DNA of 64,000 nucleotides from Chitinophaga pinensis (GCA_945873505.1 CAMCDQ010000007.1:3653-67652); one strand, 5' to 3'; counted from the stretch's first letter, positions 10,628 through 20,870 are shown. Notes: a model not told the origin generated them from the letters alone. Program-made: numbers and translations.

Positions 10628-10857
10628 TGTTGAATAACTCAACTGAAAATAAAGAGAAGAAATCGCTAAAAGAGCGGTTTTTTCTCGTTATAGGGATGGT
10701 GTTTTTCTTAGTCTATTTGGCAACAGGATTAGCAATCATCTTTTGGAAAAAATTTCCCATCGATATGAAGCCTGGTTATAGAATTGCTTTCGGAGTAGTT
10801 CTAATCGGATATTCTTTTATTCGATTTTATCGAATCATAAACGACAATAAAGACTAG
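10627..10857 (+). CDS. Small two-TM membrane protein, function unknown
   Basis: TAATG overlap with tonB; two hydrophobic segments. Confidence 0.65.
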   Translation: MLNNSTENKEKKSLKERFFLVIGMVFFLVYLATGLAIIFWKKFPIDMKPGYRIAFGVVLIGYSFIRFYRIINDNKD

Positions 10858-10860
10858 GTT

Positions 10861-11790
10861 ATGAAAAAGTTTACACTAATTCCGTATGTATTTTTTTTAA
10901 GTTTTATCGTAGTGTTTTTTGCTTGTAATCAAACGAACAATCAAAAAAGTAATGATGAAACTATTTTGAAAGGTTCTACTTCTATCTTAGTTGACGAAAC
11001 ATTATTGCCTATAATTGGGGATCAAGTTGAAGTTTTTGAAAGCCTTTATGCTGGATCTAAAATAAAGATAATTGCAAAATCGGAAGCAGAATCTGTTTTA
11101 GCATTAGCAAAAGATACTTCTAAAATTGCTATTCTTTCAAGAAAGCTAAATCCTGAAGAGGAGAAAGTTTTTGAAAGTAAAAAAATTACGCCAAGAACAA
11201 CCGTTTTTGCTATTGACGCAATTGCATTTATTTCAAATAAAAGAAATAAAGATACTTTAGTTGCGTTACAAGATGTAGTGGACTTTATGAAGGGCAAATT
11301 AAATCCTACTATTAAAGGATTGGTTTTTGACAACCCAAATTCAAGTACCGTTCGCTATATGAACGAATTGTCGGGACTAAAAGAAATGCCATCAAAAGGG
11401 ATTTTTTCGTTTAAAACCAATGAAGAAGTAATTCAGTTTGTTTCCGAAAATGACGGAATGATTGGTATTGTAGGTGTAAATTGGTTGATGCAACCGTCAC
11501 TGAAAATGCAGCCAATCGTGGATAAGGTTAATTTAATCAGCGTAAAAGGAATTGGTAAAACCGCCTATTATGCGCCAACACAAAACAACCTTGCAGAAGG
11601 TAAATATCCTTTGGCACGTGATTTGTATATCATCAATTGTCAAGGTTATTCGGGCTTAGGAATGGGTTTTGCCTCTTTCATCGCTGGAGATATTGGTCAA
11701 CGAATTATCCTAAAATCAGGATTGTTGCCAATAAAAATACCTGGTAGAAACATCAAAACCAGAACACAATTAGAAAACAAGAAAAAATAA
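10861..11790 (+). CDS. PstS-like periplasmic-binding-fold lipoprotein
   Basis: Lipobox-like FFAC; VDET, AIDAIAF, IGIVGVNW, YPLARDLY motifs of PBP-like/PstS proteins. Confidence 0.82.
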   Translation: MKKFTLIPYVFFLSFIVVFFACNQTNNQKSNDETILKGSTSILVDETLLPIIGDQVEVFESLYAGSKIKIIAKSEAESVLALAKDTSKIAILSRKLNPEEEKVFESKKITPRTTVFAIDAIAFISNKRNKDTLVALQDVVDFMKGKLNPTIKGLVFDNPNSSTVRYMNELSGLKEMPSKGIFSFKTNEEVIQFVSENDGMIGIVGVNWLMQPSLKMQPIVDKVNLISVKGIGKTAYYAPTQNNLAEGKYPLARDLYIINCQGYSGLGMGFASFIAGDIGQRIILKSGLLPIKIPGRNIKTRTQLENKKK

Positions 11791-11804
11791 TAAATTACAA
11801 CAAG

Positions 11805-13475
11805 ATGAACACAATTAAGATTTTTAGTATTGCTTTATTGACTTCAGTAACACTCAGCTATGCTCAAGATTTAGATCAGGCAAAGAAAACAATTGACGCA
11901 GAACAATTTGAAAAAGCCAAAGGAATTCTAAAAGCAATTATCAATACCAATCCTGACAATGGAAAAGCAGCCTTTTTATTAGGTTCGGTTTATCTTAATC
12001 AAAATAGTGCTGACTCAGCGAAAATCTATTTTCAAAAAGGATTGGTCGCTAAATTAGATTCAAAATTCAATTATATTGGATTAGGACAAATGGATTTAGA
12101 CGATAAAAATGCCGTTGCTGCAGAAGCCAATTTTGCCTTAGCAACAAAAGATATAAGAAAAAAAGATTCAGAACAATACGTTTATATTGCGAAAGCCTAT
12201 ATGAATGCCAACACGCCAGATTACAAAAAAGCAATCGACGTTTTAAACAAAGCTAAAATCGCTAATCCGTTAGATACTAATGTTTTAATGGCTTTTGGTG
12301 ATGCGTTTTATGGCGACAAAAATCAAAATGATTCCTATAAATCCTATCGTGATGCATTTGATGCGGACCCAACTTTAATTAGAGCAAAAATGCAATTGGG
12401 CGTTTTGTTAAAAGGAGCGCGAGCGTTTTCTGAAGCGGTAAAAGCGTATGATAATGTGGTGGCTACCAATCCAGAATACGGTCCAGTTTATAGAGAATTG
12501 GCTGAAACCTATTACTATTGGGGAAATACCGACTTGAAAAACTACAAAGAATACATCGGAAAAGCATTGGCATTTTATGAAAAATACATGAGCTTAACCG
12601 ATTATTCATTGACTTCTCGTATGCGTCACGCCGACTTTTTAATCCTTGCAAAAGACTATAAAGCATTGGAAATGGAAGCCAACGCCATGAAGGAATTGGA
12701 CAAAGTAAATCCAAGAATTTTCCGTTATTTAGGCTATTCTTCCTATGAAAATGGAAATGTAGATGCAGCAATTTCAGCGTTAGAAAATTTTATTGCAACG
12801 CCTACCAATAAAATTATCGCAAGAGATTACCTTTATTTAGGATTGGCAAAAATGAAAAAAGCCAACAATTTGGAAACTAAAGTTGTCGATTTTGTAGCTT
12901 TTGAAGCAGGAGTTGCGCAATTGAAAAAAGCCGTGGAAATAGAAATTACAATGACCAACGATTTAAGCGAAGTTGGGAAAAAATTCTACGAGCAAAAATT
13001 ATTCAATGAAGCCGCTGCCATCTATGAAATCGCGGTTACCAACGTAAATTCTAAAAATTATTTGCTTGACAATTTCTATTTAGGGAACTCTTTATACTAC
13101 AATAACACCAAAAAAGACGTTGTAAAACCAGATCCAATTCAATTGCAAAAAGCCGATATCGCCTATGGAAACGTGATTACCGCTTCGCCAACTACGCAAG
13201 ATGCATATATTTTCAGAGCCAGAACGAATAATTTGCTTGAAAATGACGAAATGATAATCAAATACTATCAAGAATACATCGACATTGTAACTGCAAAAGG
13301 CGAGGAAGAACTAGCTAAACCAGCCGTGAAAACCAAATTTATTGAATCTTACAATGCAATTGCTGCGGCATTTGCCAACACCGATAAAGTAAAAGCAAAA
13401 GAGTATTTCGCAAAAACATTGGCCTTAGATCCAACAAATGAATATTCAATTCAGTCATTGAAAACACTGAAATAA
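11805..13475 (+). CDS. Exported tetratricopeptide-repeat protein
   Basis: Signal peptide SYA-Q; repeated TPR-like helical pairs. Confidence 0.85.
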   Translation: MNTIKIFSIALLTSVTLSYAQDLDQAKKTIDAEQFEKAKGILKAIINTNPDNGKAAFLLGSVYLNQNSADSAKIYFQKGLVAKLDSKFNYIGLGQMDLDDKNAVAAEANFALATKDIRKKDSEQYVYIAKAYMNANTPDYKKAIDVLNKAKIANPLDTNVLMAFGDAFYGDKNQNDSYKSYRDAFDADPTLIRAKMQLGVLLKGARAFSEAVKAYDNVVATNPEYGPVYRELAETYYYWGNTDLKNYKEYIGKALAFYEKYMSLTDYSLTSRMRHADFLILAKDYKALEMEANAMKELDKVNPRIFRYLGYSSYENGNVDAAISALENFIATPTNKIIARDYLYLGLAKMKKANNLETKVVDFVAFEAGVAQLKKAVEIEITMTNDLSEVGKKFYEQKLFNEAAAIYEIAVTNVNSKNYLLDNFYLGNSLYYNNTKKDVVKPDPIQLQKADIAYGNVITASPTTQDAYIFRARTNNLLENDEMIIKYYQEYIDIVTAKGEEELAKPAVKTKFIESYNAIAAAFANTDKVKAKEYFAKTLALDPTNEYSIQSLKTLK

Positions 13476-13493
13476 AACACAATTTATATAAGC

Positions 13494-13527
13494 AAAACCG
13501 ATAGTTTCAAAGCTGTCGGTTTTTTTT
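13494..13527 (+). terminator. Intrinsic terminator of the exbB operon
   Basis: aaaaccgatag/ctgtcggtttt stem followed by a T run. Confidence 0.75.
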
Positions 13528-13561
13528 GGAGCATACGTTTTGTTTTTCTATCACGATTCCT

Positions 13562-13626
13562 CCCGTCATCCGCTATATCTCTTGCGGCGAACCCCGCCAC
13601 AATAGGATGCCGCTTCTACCGGGGCT
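13562..13626 (+). repeat. Flavo-1-like structured dispersed repeat, copy A
   Basis: cccg..atccgctatatc-[hairpin]-ggatgccgcttctaccgggg; same arms as the copies at 37971 and 48882. Confidence 0.65.
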
Positions 13627-13643
13627 AATTATTAATTATATAA

Positions 13644-13706
13644 TTATCTTTTATCTATTATCTTTTAATCTTTTCTCTTTATTCTCAAATCTCAAATCCT
13701 AAATCT
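13644..13706 (+). repeat. Degenerate heptamer tandem tract
   Basis: Nine 7-mers: ttatctt ttatcta ttatctt ttaatct tttctct ttattct caaatct caaatcc taaatct. Confidence 0.6.
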
Positions 13707-13743
13707 AATTTTCACTACCTTTGCAACCTATTTTAAATTAAAA

Positions 13744-14376
13744 ATGCTCAAAAAAGAAACACAAATAGCCGTCGATAAAGGATTAATGCTTCCCTTAATG
13801 GAAGAATTCTATACCATTCAAGGCGAAGGATATCACACAGGAACAGCTGCCTATTTCATACGAATTGGAGGTTGCGATGTAGGTTGCCATTGGTGTGATG
13901 TTAAAGAAAGTTGGAATGCCGAATTACATCCACCTACTTCCACTGATTTAATTGTTGAAAATGCTGTAAAATATTCTGAAACTGTTGTCGTAACTGGCGG
14001 AGAACCGCTAATGTGGGATATGACGGCGCTAACTCAAAAGCTAAAAGATAAAAATCTAAAAGTACATATTGAAACGTCTGGAGCCTATACATTATCTGGA
14101 ACTTGGGATTGGATTTGTCTTTCCCCAAAGAAAAATAAATTGCCTACGCAAACCGTTTACGATAATGCCAATGAGCTGAAAGTAATCATTCACAACAAAC
14201 ACGACTTTATATTTGCCGAAGAGCAAGCCGAAAAAGTAAACTCAAATGCCATTCTATTTCTTCAACCAGAATGGAGCAAAAAAGAAGAAATGACCCCGCT
14301 AATTGTAGATTATGTAATGAACAATCCAAAATGGCGTGTTTCATTGCAAACACATAAATACCTAAATATTCCATAA
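13744..14376 (+). CDS. queE: 7-carboxy-7-deazaguanine synthase (radical SAM)
   Basis: EEFYTIQGEG, CDVGCHWCD (CxxxCxxC), TGGEP, HIETSG, QTHKYL. Confidence 0.95.
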   Translation: MLKKETQIAVDKGLMLPLMEEFYTIQGEGYHTGTAAYFIRIGGCDVGCHWCDVKESWNAELHPPTSTDLIVENAVKYSETVVVTGGEPLMWDMTALTQKLKDKNLKVHIETSGAYTLSGTWDWICLSPKKNKLPTQTVYDNANELKVIIHNKHDFIFAEEQAEKVNSNAILFLQPEWSKKEEMTPLIVDYVMNNPKWRVSLQTHKYLNIP

Positions 14377-14386
14377 AGTAATTTAT

Positions 14387-14415
14387 TAAAAACTGACTAA
14401 ATAAGTCAGTTTTTA
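14387..14415. terminator. Bidirectional terminator
   Basis: Perfect 12-bp stem taaaaactgact/agtcagttttta between convergent genes. Confidence 0.8.
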
Positions 14416-14438
14416 CTTCAATATTTGAACGCAAATTA

Positions 14439-14468
14439 ATCTGTGAAAATTTGTGAAAATCTGTGTTA
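14439..14468 (+). repeat. Decamer tandem tract
   Basis: aatctgtgaa aatttgtgaa aatctgtgtt; related to the tract at 48301-48358. Confidence 0.5.
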
Positions 14469-14482
14469 AAAAATCAAATTTT

Positions 14483-15202
14483 CTAAACAGTCAGCCTCGC
14501 TAAATAATCATAATGTTCGCCTTCCAAAATTAATTCGCATTGCAACCCATTGGCAACAGCCGCATTTTGCAATGTGTTATAATCCATATACAACCAAGGA
14601 AAAGGTGCTTCTTTTTCGTCTTTGTAGGTAATGGTAAATTCTAATTCGCCATAATATTTATCACCAGAAATCCATTTTCCACCGTCCGAGTCTTCGGAAT
14701 CATCTTCATCAAACATATAAATAATATCGGAGGAATCAATTAGGATTTGACCATTTTCAGCCAATAAAGATTTTAGTTTTTGAAGGTAATTGGAAACATT
14801 TTCTAATTTTCCAAAAATCCCCGTTCCATTCATTAATAGAATAATGGTGTCAAATTTTTCATCGGTTTCAAAACGCAATATATTTTCAACTTTTGCATTT
14901 GAAACACCTCTTAATTTACAAGCTTCAACCGCTTTTTCAGAAATGTCAATTGCAGTAACAGCTAATTTTTTTTCATTCTGCAAATACAAACTATGACTTC
15001 CAGCGCCACAACCAACATCCAAAACCTTTCCTTTGGCAAGCAAAAGTGCTTTCTGCTCTAAAATCGGCATTCCAGAAAAATCTCTAAATAAATACGCAAC
15101 CGACATTTCATCTTCTTCAGAAATGGTAGTTTCCGTAATTAAATCCTGGGGAAAATTATTGGTTTGAAAATCAAGAATGGCTGTTCCGAAAAGGTCTTTC
15201 AT
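14483..15202 (-). CDS. Class I SAM-dependent methyltransferase
   Basis: VLDVGCGAG motif I; AIDIS; FDTIILLMNG. Confidence 0.9.
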   Translation of the reverse strand: MKDLFGTAILDFQTNNFPQDLITETTISEEDEMSVAYLFRDFSGMPILEQKALLLAKGKVLDVGCGAGSHSLYLQNEKKLAVTAIDISEKAVEACKLRGVSNAKVENILRFETDEKFDTIILLMNGTGIFGKLENVSNYLQKLKSLLAENGQILIDSSDIIYMFDEDDSEDSDGGKWISGDKYYGELEFTITYKDEKEAPFPWLYMDYNTLQNAAVANGLQCELILEGEHYDYLARLTV

Positions 15203-15206
15203 TATA

Positions 15207-15246
15207 GTTGATTCGTTAATTCGTTAATTTGGTTATTTGTTGATTT
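15207..15246 (+). repeat. Octamer tandem tract
   Basis: gttgattc gttaattc gttaattt ggttattt gttgattt; inverted related units near 15276-15303. Confidence 0.55.
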
Positions 15247-15302
15247 GTTTTAAGTAATTTTGCAAAATGTTTTATCGAATAAACGATTAAACAAATTCAC
15301 GA

Positions 15303-15797
15303 ATGAAACACATTATAAACGCACTTCCTAAAGAAGCCAAAGATAAGCATATCGAAAACAAAAAGTATTTCGATAAGCTAAAAAAGAAAACGCCCAAGAA
15401 TTTAGATTACATAATGCAGGATTTGCACAATGCCGAATTCAAAAAAACCGATTGTTTGAAATGCGCAAACTGTTGTAAAACTACAGGGCCACTTTTCACA
15501 TCGGCAGATATAGAAAGGGTTTCCAAGTATTTGCGTCAAAAACCACAACAATTCATCGATCAATATTTGCAAATTGATGAAGACAAAGATTATGTTTTGC
15601 AAAGTGTTCCGTGTACGTTTTTAGACAATGACAATGCGTGTATGATTTATGATGTACGACCAAAAGCGTGCAGAGAATTTCCTCATACCGACCGTAAGAA
15701 ATTTCAACAAATCTCGGAATTGACCTTAAAAAATGTTGCTATTTGCCCTGCAGCATTTAATATTGTTGAGGAAATGAAAAAGAAAATGCCGTTATAA
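15303..15797 (+). CDS. YkgJ-family cysteine-cluster (CxxCxxCC) protein
   Basis: CLKCANCC, PCTFL, CMIYDVRPKACREFP. Confidence 0.9.
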   Translation: MKHIINALPKEAKDKHIENKKYFDKLKKKTPKNLDYIMQDLHNAEFKKTDCLKCANCCKTTGPLFTSADIERVSKYLRQKPQQFIDQYLQIDEDKDYVLQSVPCTFLDNDNACMIYDVRPKACREFPHTDRKKFQQISELTLKNVAICPAAFNIVEEMKKKMPL

Positions 15798-15867
15798 GTA
15801 TGTCGAAAGTTTTATGTCGTAAAGTCAAAAGTCTTAAAAAAGTAAAAAGCTATTAAAAATCATTATT

Positions 15868-16572
15868 ATGAAAAAAACCATCGTATTTCTATTATTTATT
15901 TGTCACTTTTCGTATTCTCAAACCGTCGAATTTATTACCAAAAACGATACGCTTCAAAAGCCCAAATACCAACAATTTATTTGCATTAATGATGCCACAG
16001 ATACTGCCGGATTAATAAAAGTAGCACGAATTAAAGTTTCTGGAAGTATAGAAAATCCAATATTACTTTTCCTGACAATAAATGCGGAAGCTCAAAAACT
16101 TGGAGCAAATTCATTTAAATTTAACGATTTCAAAAAAAATGAAGACAATTCAGCGGAATTAATATTAGATGTATATTTCAGCACTGACGAAATTTTAGAA
16201 ACCAATTTTAATAACATTCCAAAAAACAAAATATATATTTTTGGAGATGATAATTTGTTAAAAACTAAATCTCAAAATTATAAAATTGATGGCGTAAAAT
16301 ATGAAATTGGCTCTGGACAGTTTAAAGAATTTTCAGTAAATGTTGGAGAAGAATTGAAAATTAACAAAGGTGGGTTTACTGGAATGACAATTTGGATAAA
16401 AGGAATTGAAGATAAATCGAGTACTTTTATTAATTTTTCAGGGGCAAATGTTACGGGAGGATCTTATAATCCCTATAATAGGGGTGTTGGAATTTCTATT
16501 AATACGGGCTTTATCAATAAAATGGAGCCAAATATAGCATTGTTTTTATTGAAAATTTTCAAAGAGCAATAA
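15868..16572 (+). CDS. Exported hypothetical protein
   Basis: 234-aa ORF with signal peptide SYS-Q; no recognised catalytic motif. Confidence 0.75.
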   Translation: MKKTIVFLLFICHFSYSQTVEFITKNDTLQKPKYQQFICINDATDTAGLIKVARIKVSGSIENPILLFLTINAEAQKLGANSFKFNDFKKNEDNSAELILDVYFSTDEILETNFNNIPKNKIYIFGDDNLLKTKSQNYKIDGVKYEIGSGQFKEFSVNVGEELKINKGGFTGMTIWIKGIEDKSSTFINFSGANVTGGSYNPYNRGVGISINTGFINKMEPNIALFLLKIFKEQ

Positions 16573-16631
16573 TACAAATCCTTTCATTTAGGATTATTTT
16601 TAATTTTAATAAATAAATTTTCCAACTTTAA

Positions 16632-16661
16632 TTTGCAATTCAATTCTGTTTCCTATATTTG
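16632..16661 (+). promoter_or_regulatory. Bacteroidota housekeeping promoter of metK
   Basis: TTTG (16632-16635), 18-nt spacer, TATATTTG (16654-16661). Confidence 0.75.
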
Positions 16662-16674
16662 CACTCTAAATTTA

Positions 16675-16724
16675 GAGGAAAAATTTGAACTGATTGCAAC
16701 CTCGTTAAAAAAATGCTAAAGCAG
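16675..16724 (+). promoter_or_regulatory. SAM-II-type (long-loops-like) riboswitch aptamer
   Basis: GAGG(16675-78)/CCUC(16700-03) P1, UUGCAA core, 3' AAUGCUAAA..CAG able to pseudoknot with CUGAUUGCA; lies in the metK leader. Confidence 0.72.
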
Positions 16725-16788
16725 AAATATCTCCTTTATCATTCTTGCAATCCATTTTTTCTCGCTTAATTAAAACAAACTAATTATT

Positions 16789-18039
16789 ATGGCTTATTTA
16801 TTTACGTCGGAATCTGTGAGTGAGGGACATCCTGATAAAATTGCAGATCAAATTTCAGATGCATTAATCGATAACTTTTTGGCTTTTGATCCAGAATCAA
16901 AGGTGGCTTGCGAAACTTTAGTAACAACGGGTCAAGTAATTCTTGCAGGTGAAGTAAAGTCTGAAACCTATCTTGACGTTCAGCAAATTGCACGTGAGGT
17001 TATCAGAAAAATTGGATATACAAAAAGTGAATATATGTTTGAAGCCAATTCTTGTGGCGTTCTTTCAGCAATTCACGAACAATCGGGTGATATCAATCAA
17101 GGTGTTGACCGTGCAAATAAAGAGGAGCAAGGCGCTGGTGATCAAGGTATGATGTTTGGTTATGCAACGAATGAAACAGAGAATTTTATGCCATTGGCAC
17201 TTGATTTATCTCATAAATTATTACAAGAATTAGCGGTTTTACGTCGTGAAAATAATGAAATTAAATATTTGCGTCCTGATGCAAAATCGCAAGTTACATT
17301 AGAATATAATGATGACAACAAACCAGTTCTTATTGATGCCATTGTAATTTCTACGCAACACGATGATTTTGATGAAGAAGGAAAAATGTTGGCTAAAATT
17401 AAATCGGATTTAGTTGGAATATTAATTCCAAGAATCATCAAAAACAATCCAAAATACGCTCATTTATTCAATGATAAAATCACATATCACATTAATCCTA
17501 CAGGGAAATTTGTAATTGGAGGACCTCACGGAGATACGGGTTTAACTGGTAGAAAAATTATTGTAGATACGTATGGTGGAAAAGGAGCACACGGAGGCGG
17601 CGCTTTTTCTGGAAAAGATCCAAGTAAAGTGGATAGAAGTGCAGCTTATGCAACACGTCACATTGCTAAAAATTTAGTTGCAGCGGGTGTTGCAGATGAA
17701 ATTTTAGTACAAGTTTCGTATGCAATTGGAGTGGCAAAACCAATGGGAATTTTCATTGATACCTACGGAACTTCAAAAGTGAATTTGACAAATGGTGAAA
17801 TTGCTAAGAAAGTAGAAGCTATTTTTGATATGCGTCCTTATTTTATCGAGCAACGTCTAAAATTGAGAAATCCAATATACAGCGAAACTGCTGCTTACGG
17901 ACACATGGGAAGAACTCCTGAAACGGTAACCAAAACTTTCAAAGCACCAGGTGGAATTGAAAAAACAGTAACTGTTGATTTATTTACATGGGAAAAATTA
18001 GATTTCGTTGACGAAGTAAAAGCAGCTTTTGGATTGTAA
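16789..18039 (+). CDS. metK: S-adenosylmethionine synthetase
   Basis: [43 protein letters not shown]. Confidence 0.98.
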   Translation: MAYLFTSESVSEGHPDKIADQISDALIDNFLAFDPESKVACETLVTTGQVILAGEVKSETYLDVQQIAREVIRKIGYTKSEYMFEANSCGVLSAIHEQSGDINQGVDRANKEEQGAGDQGMMFGYATNETENFMPLALDLSHKLLQELAVLRRENNEIKYLRPDAKSQVTLEYNDDNKPVLIDAIVISTQHDDFDEEGKMLAKIKSDLVGILIPRIIKNNPKYAHLFNDKITYHINPTGKFVIGGPHGDTGLTGRKIIVDTYGGKGAHGGGAFSGKDPSKVDRSAAYATRHIAKNLVAAGVADEILVQVSYAIGVAKPMGIFIDTYGTSKVNLTNGEIAKKVEAIFDMRPYFIEQRLKLRNPIYSETAAYGHMGRTPETVTKTFKAPGGIEKTVTVDLFTWEKLDFVDEVKAAFGL

Positions 18040-18060
18040 ATCAATCTTTAAATAATAACC

Positions 18061-18093
18061 AAAAACCTGACTATTATGTAGTCAGGTTTTTTT
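18061..18093. terminator. Bidirectional terminator
   Basis: aaaaacctgacta/tagtcaggttttt stem between convergent genes. Confidence 0.82.
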
Positions 18094-18111
18094 ATACTTA
18101 TAAAAGTCGGT

Positions 18112-19437
18112 TTAATAAATCAAATACGGCTTTCTCATTTTTTTAAAATCATTTAAGCCACTTTTCCAACTCTCGCGAATTTCATCTTCCGATAATCCCG
18201 CTTCAATTTGTTCCTGCAATTTTTTGGTTCCCGCCAATTTTGTAAAAAAAGTATTGAAGAATTTCGTTTTGTCAGCCGTTTCATTATATGCTTTTAGCAA
18301 CCATTTCAATTCTAATTTGTCAATTTTTTGAATAGAAGTCAAATCTTCTCCATAACATTCAACGCCATTATAAACAGGTTCTTTTGCGCCGAAATTTGGC
18401 ATTGGAATAAAACTAAAATCCGTTTTTGGCAAATACGGCGAACCGTAAATTTGGAATTGTTTCTCGGTTCCACGCCCAACACTCACATTGGTTCCTTCAA
18501 AAAGACACAAACTCGGATACAAATTTATAGCTTGGTCGTTTGGTAAATTTGGCGATGGCTTTTCAGGCAAACTGTATTTCATCTCCCGATTATAACCTGC
18601 ACAAGCAATTATTTTTAAGTCGCAACGAACCTCATTTTTCAACCAATTTTCGCCATTAATCATTTGTGCGTATTCGCCAATGGTCATTCCGTGCAACAAA
18701 GGAATTTGATGCATTCCCACAAAACTTGTAAATTCTTTTTCTAAAACTGGTCCGTCAACAATTGAAATATTCGGATTTGGACGATCTAAAACAAGCAACT
18801 GAATGTTGTTTTCGGCACAAGCTTCCATTATATAATGCAACGTAGAGATGTAGGTATAGAAACGAGCACCAACATCCTGTAAATCAAAAATCAAAACGTC
18901 AATTCCTTCTAATTGCTCAGGATTTGGCTTTCTGTTTTCGCCATAAAGGGAAATAATTGGGATTCCTGTTTTGACATCTTTTCCATCAATAACGTGTTCC
19001 CCAGCATCAGCAGTTCCACGAAAACCGTGTTCAGGCGCATATATTTTTTGAATAGTAATTTTGTTTTTCACTAAAAAATCAACCAAATGACTTTTTTTTC
19101 TTTCATACTTTTCAACGTGTTTAACCCCATTTGAATCGGGAAGCATATAAATAGAATCATACGAAACAACCCCCGTTTGATTGGTTACAACTCCAACTTT
19201 TTTACCGTCTAATAATGAAAAATAGGATTTATAATTATCACTGCCAGTGCTAAATCGATTTGTTTTTCCGCTATTAATAACGGTACTTTTATTGGTTGCA
19301 ACCGAATTTCGAATCCCTTTTTGTGCAGGTTTACACGAAAAAATCAACAGCGAAATAGAAACAAGAAATACATAAGAAAGCCTTTTCCTTCCCGAAATCG
19401 TTTGGTTTTTTAATATTGCAGCTCTATTTTGAATCAT
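18112..19437 (-). CDS. Exo-beta-N-acetylmuramidase NamZ-like (DUF1343) lipoprotein
   Basis: VTNQTG, PEHGFRG, ISLYG, FDLQDVGARFYTY, LDRPNP, PSPNLP; FSC lipobox. Confidence 0.9.
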   Translation of the reverse strand: MIQNRAAILKNQTISGRKRLSYVFLVSISLLIFSCKPAQKGIRNSVATNKSTVINSGKTNRFSTGSDNYKSYFSLLDGKKVGVVTNQTGVVSYDSIYMLPDSNGVKHVEKYERKKSHLVDFLVKNKITIQKIYAPEHGFRGTADAGEHVIDGKDVKTGIPIISLYGENRKPNPEQLEGIDVLIFDLQDVGARFYTYISTLHYIMEACAENNIQLLVLDRPNPNISIVDGPVLEKEFTSFVGMHQIPLLHGMTIGEYAQMINGENWLKNEVRCDLKIIACAGYNREMKYSLPEKPSPNLPNDQAINLYPSLCLFEGTNVSVGRGTEKQFQIYGSPYLPKTDFSFIPMPNFGAKEPVYNGVECYGEDLTSIQKIDKLELKWLLKAYNETADKTKFFNTFFTKLAGTKKLQEQIEAGLSEDEIRESWKSGLNDFKKMRKPYLIY

Positions 19438-19552
19438 ACTTATTTGTCCGAAAAATAATTAATTAACTTTATATACTTGAAAATATATTCTAAAAACGTA
19501 ATTTTACTCGAGCGAAGCAATCCAACTTTGCAATATCAAATCACAAAAACTA

Positions 19553-20788
19553 TTGAATTTAGAATATTTTATAGCCAAAAGACTTATCACTGCTCGAGAC
19601 CATAAAAGTAGTATATCTGCGCCAATTATAAAAATTGCGATTGCAGCAATTGCAATTGGTATGATTATGATGATTGTTTCCATTGCCACAGGAATTGGTT
19701 TGCAGCAAAAAATCCGCCAAAAAGTTGCCGCTTTCAATGGGCATATTAGCATCACAAATTACGATGAAAATCAGTCGCAACTTAGTATAACGCCCATTTC
19801 TACTCATCAAGATTTCTATCCAATATTTAAAAATGTATCAGGAATCAAACACATTCAGGCAGTTGCAACCAAAGCTGGAATTATTAGAACAGAAACGGCA
19901 TTCGAAGGAATAATTTTCAAAGGCGTTGGAAAAGACTATCAATGGGAAAATCTAAAAGAGTATCTTGTTGCTGGTAATTTGCCAAATTTAAACAACCAAC
20001 TCAACGAAGAAGTTCTCCTTTCTGAATTTCTTGCCAATCGGTTAAATCTGAAAGTCGGCGACCGATTCAACACCTTTTTCATGAAAGAAGACACGAATCA
20101 AAGGCCAAATCTTCGCGTTTTCAAAATCACAGGTATTTTTAATTCTGGATTTCAAGAATTCGACGCGTCCTACATAATTGGAGATATCCGACATTTGCAA
20201 CGCATTAATAAATGGAGCCCAGACCAAGTTGGTGCCTTCGAAGTTTTCGTGGACGATTTCAACACCATTCAAGAAAAAGGGCAGGAAGTTTATGAGCAAA
20301 CAGGTTCTTTACTCGACACCCAAACTATTGTCGATAAATATTATTACATCTTCGAATGGCTTAAATTATTCGATTTCAACATCATCGTCATCCTCATAAT
20401 TATGATTGCAGTCGCCACAATCAATATGGTCGTAGCGCTTTTAGTGCTCATTTTGGAACGCACTCAAATGATAGGAATTCTCAAAGCTTTGGGCGCAAAT
20501 AATTGGTCAGTCCGAAAAATATTCCTCTACAACGCCTTCTATTTAATCGCAAAAGGTCTCTTTTGGGGCAATTCAATCGGCATTGGATTACTCTTAATCC
20601 AACAAAAATTCGGAATAATCAAACTCAATCCCGAAAATTATTATGTCAACCAAGCCCCAGTTTACCTCGATTTCGGCTACATTTTGCTACTAAACCTCGG
20701 CACAATCCTAATTTGTTTACTCATTTTACTTATCCCGTCGTACATCATCACGAAAATTTCCCCGATAAAAGCAATTCGTTTTGATTAA
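19553..20788 (+). CDS. LolC/E (FtsX-like) ABC transporter permease
   Basis: YFIAKRL N-terminus, periplasmic domain, LILERTQMIGILKALG, NPENYY; TTG start. Confidence 0.88.
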   Translation: MNLEYFIAKRLITARDHKSSISAPIIKIAIAAIAIGMIMMIVSIATGIGLQQKIRQKVAAFNGHISITNYDENQSQLSITPISTHQDFYPIFKNVSGIKHIQAVATKAGIIRTETAFEGIIFKGVGKDYQWENLKEYLVAGNLPNLNNQLNEEVLLSEFLANRLNLKVGDRFNTFFMKEDTNQRPNLRVFKITGIFNSGFQEFDASYIIGDIRHLQRINKWSPDQVGAFEVFVDDFNTIQEKGQEVYEQTGSLLDTQTIVDKYYYIFEWLKLFDFNIIVILIIMIAVATINMVVALLVLILERTQMIGILKALGANNWSVRKIFLYNAFYLIAKGLFWGNSIGIGLLLIQQKFGIIKLNPENYYVNQAPVYLDFGYILLLNLGTILICLLILLIPSYIITKISPIKAIRFD

Positions 20789-20837
20789 ATTCTAATGGTC
20801 ATTACGAGGGGTTGCGAGGCACGAAACAAAGTAATTA

Positions 20838-20870
20838 GGAGCTCTTTCCAGCTTTCCGTTTCAAGTCCTC
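20838..20870 (+). repeat. Truncated Flavo-1-like repeat (5' arm only) at the left edge of the accessory block
   Basis: ggagct..tccagctttccgtt matches the 5' arm of copy C (ggagctaattcccgctattcgtt); no hairpin or 3' arm follows. Confidence 0.45.

Noticed and set aside
20807-20814. gaggggtt match to the tRNA-Val T-arm region as an att remnant
   Set aside because: Only 8 bp and embedded in a degenerate gtcatt.cgagg..cgaa-type repeat
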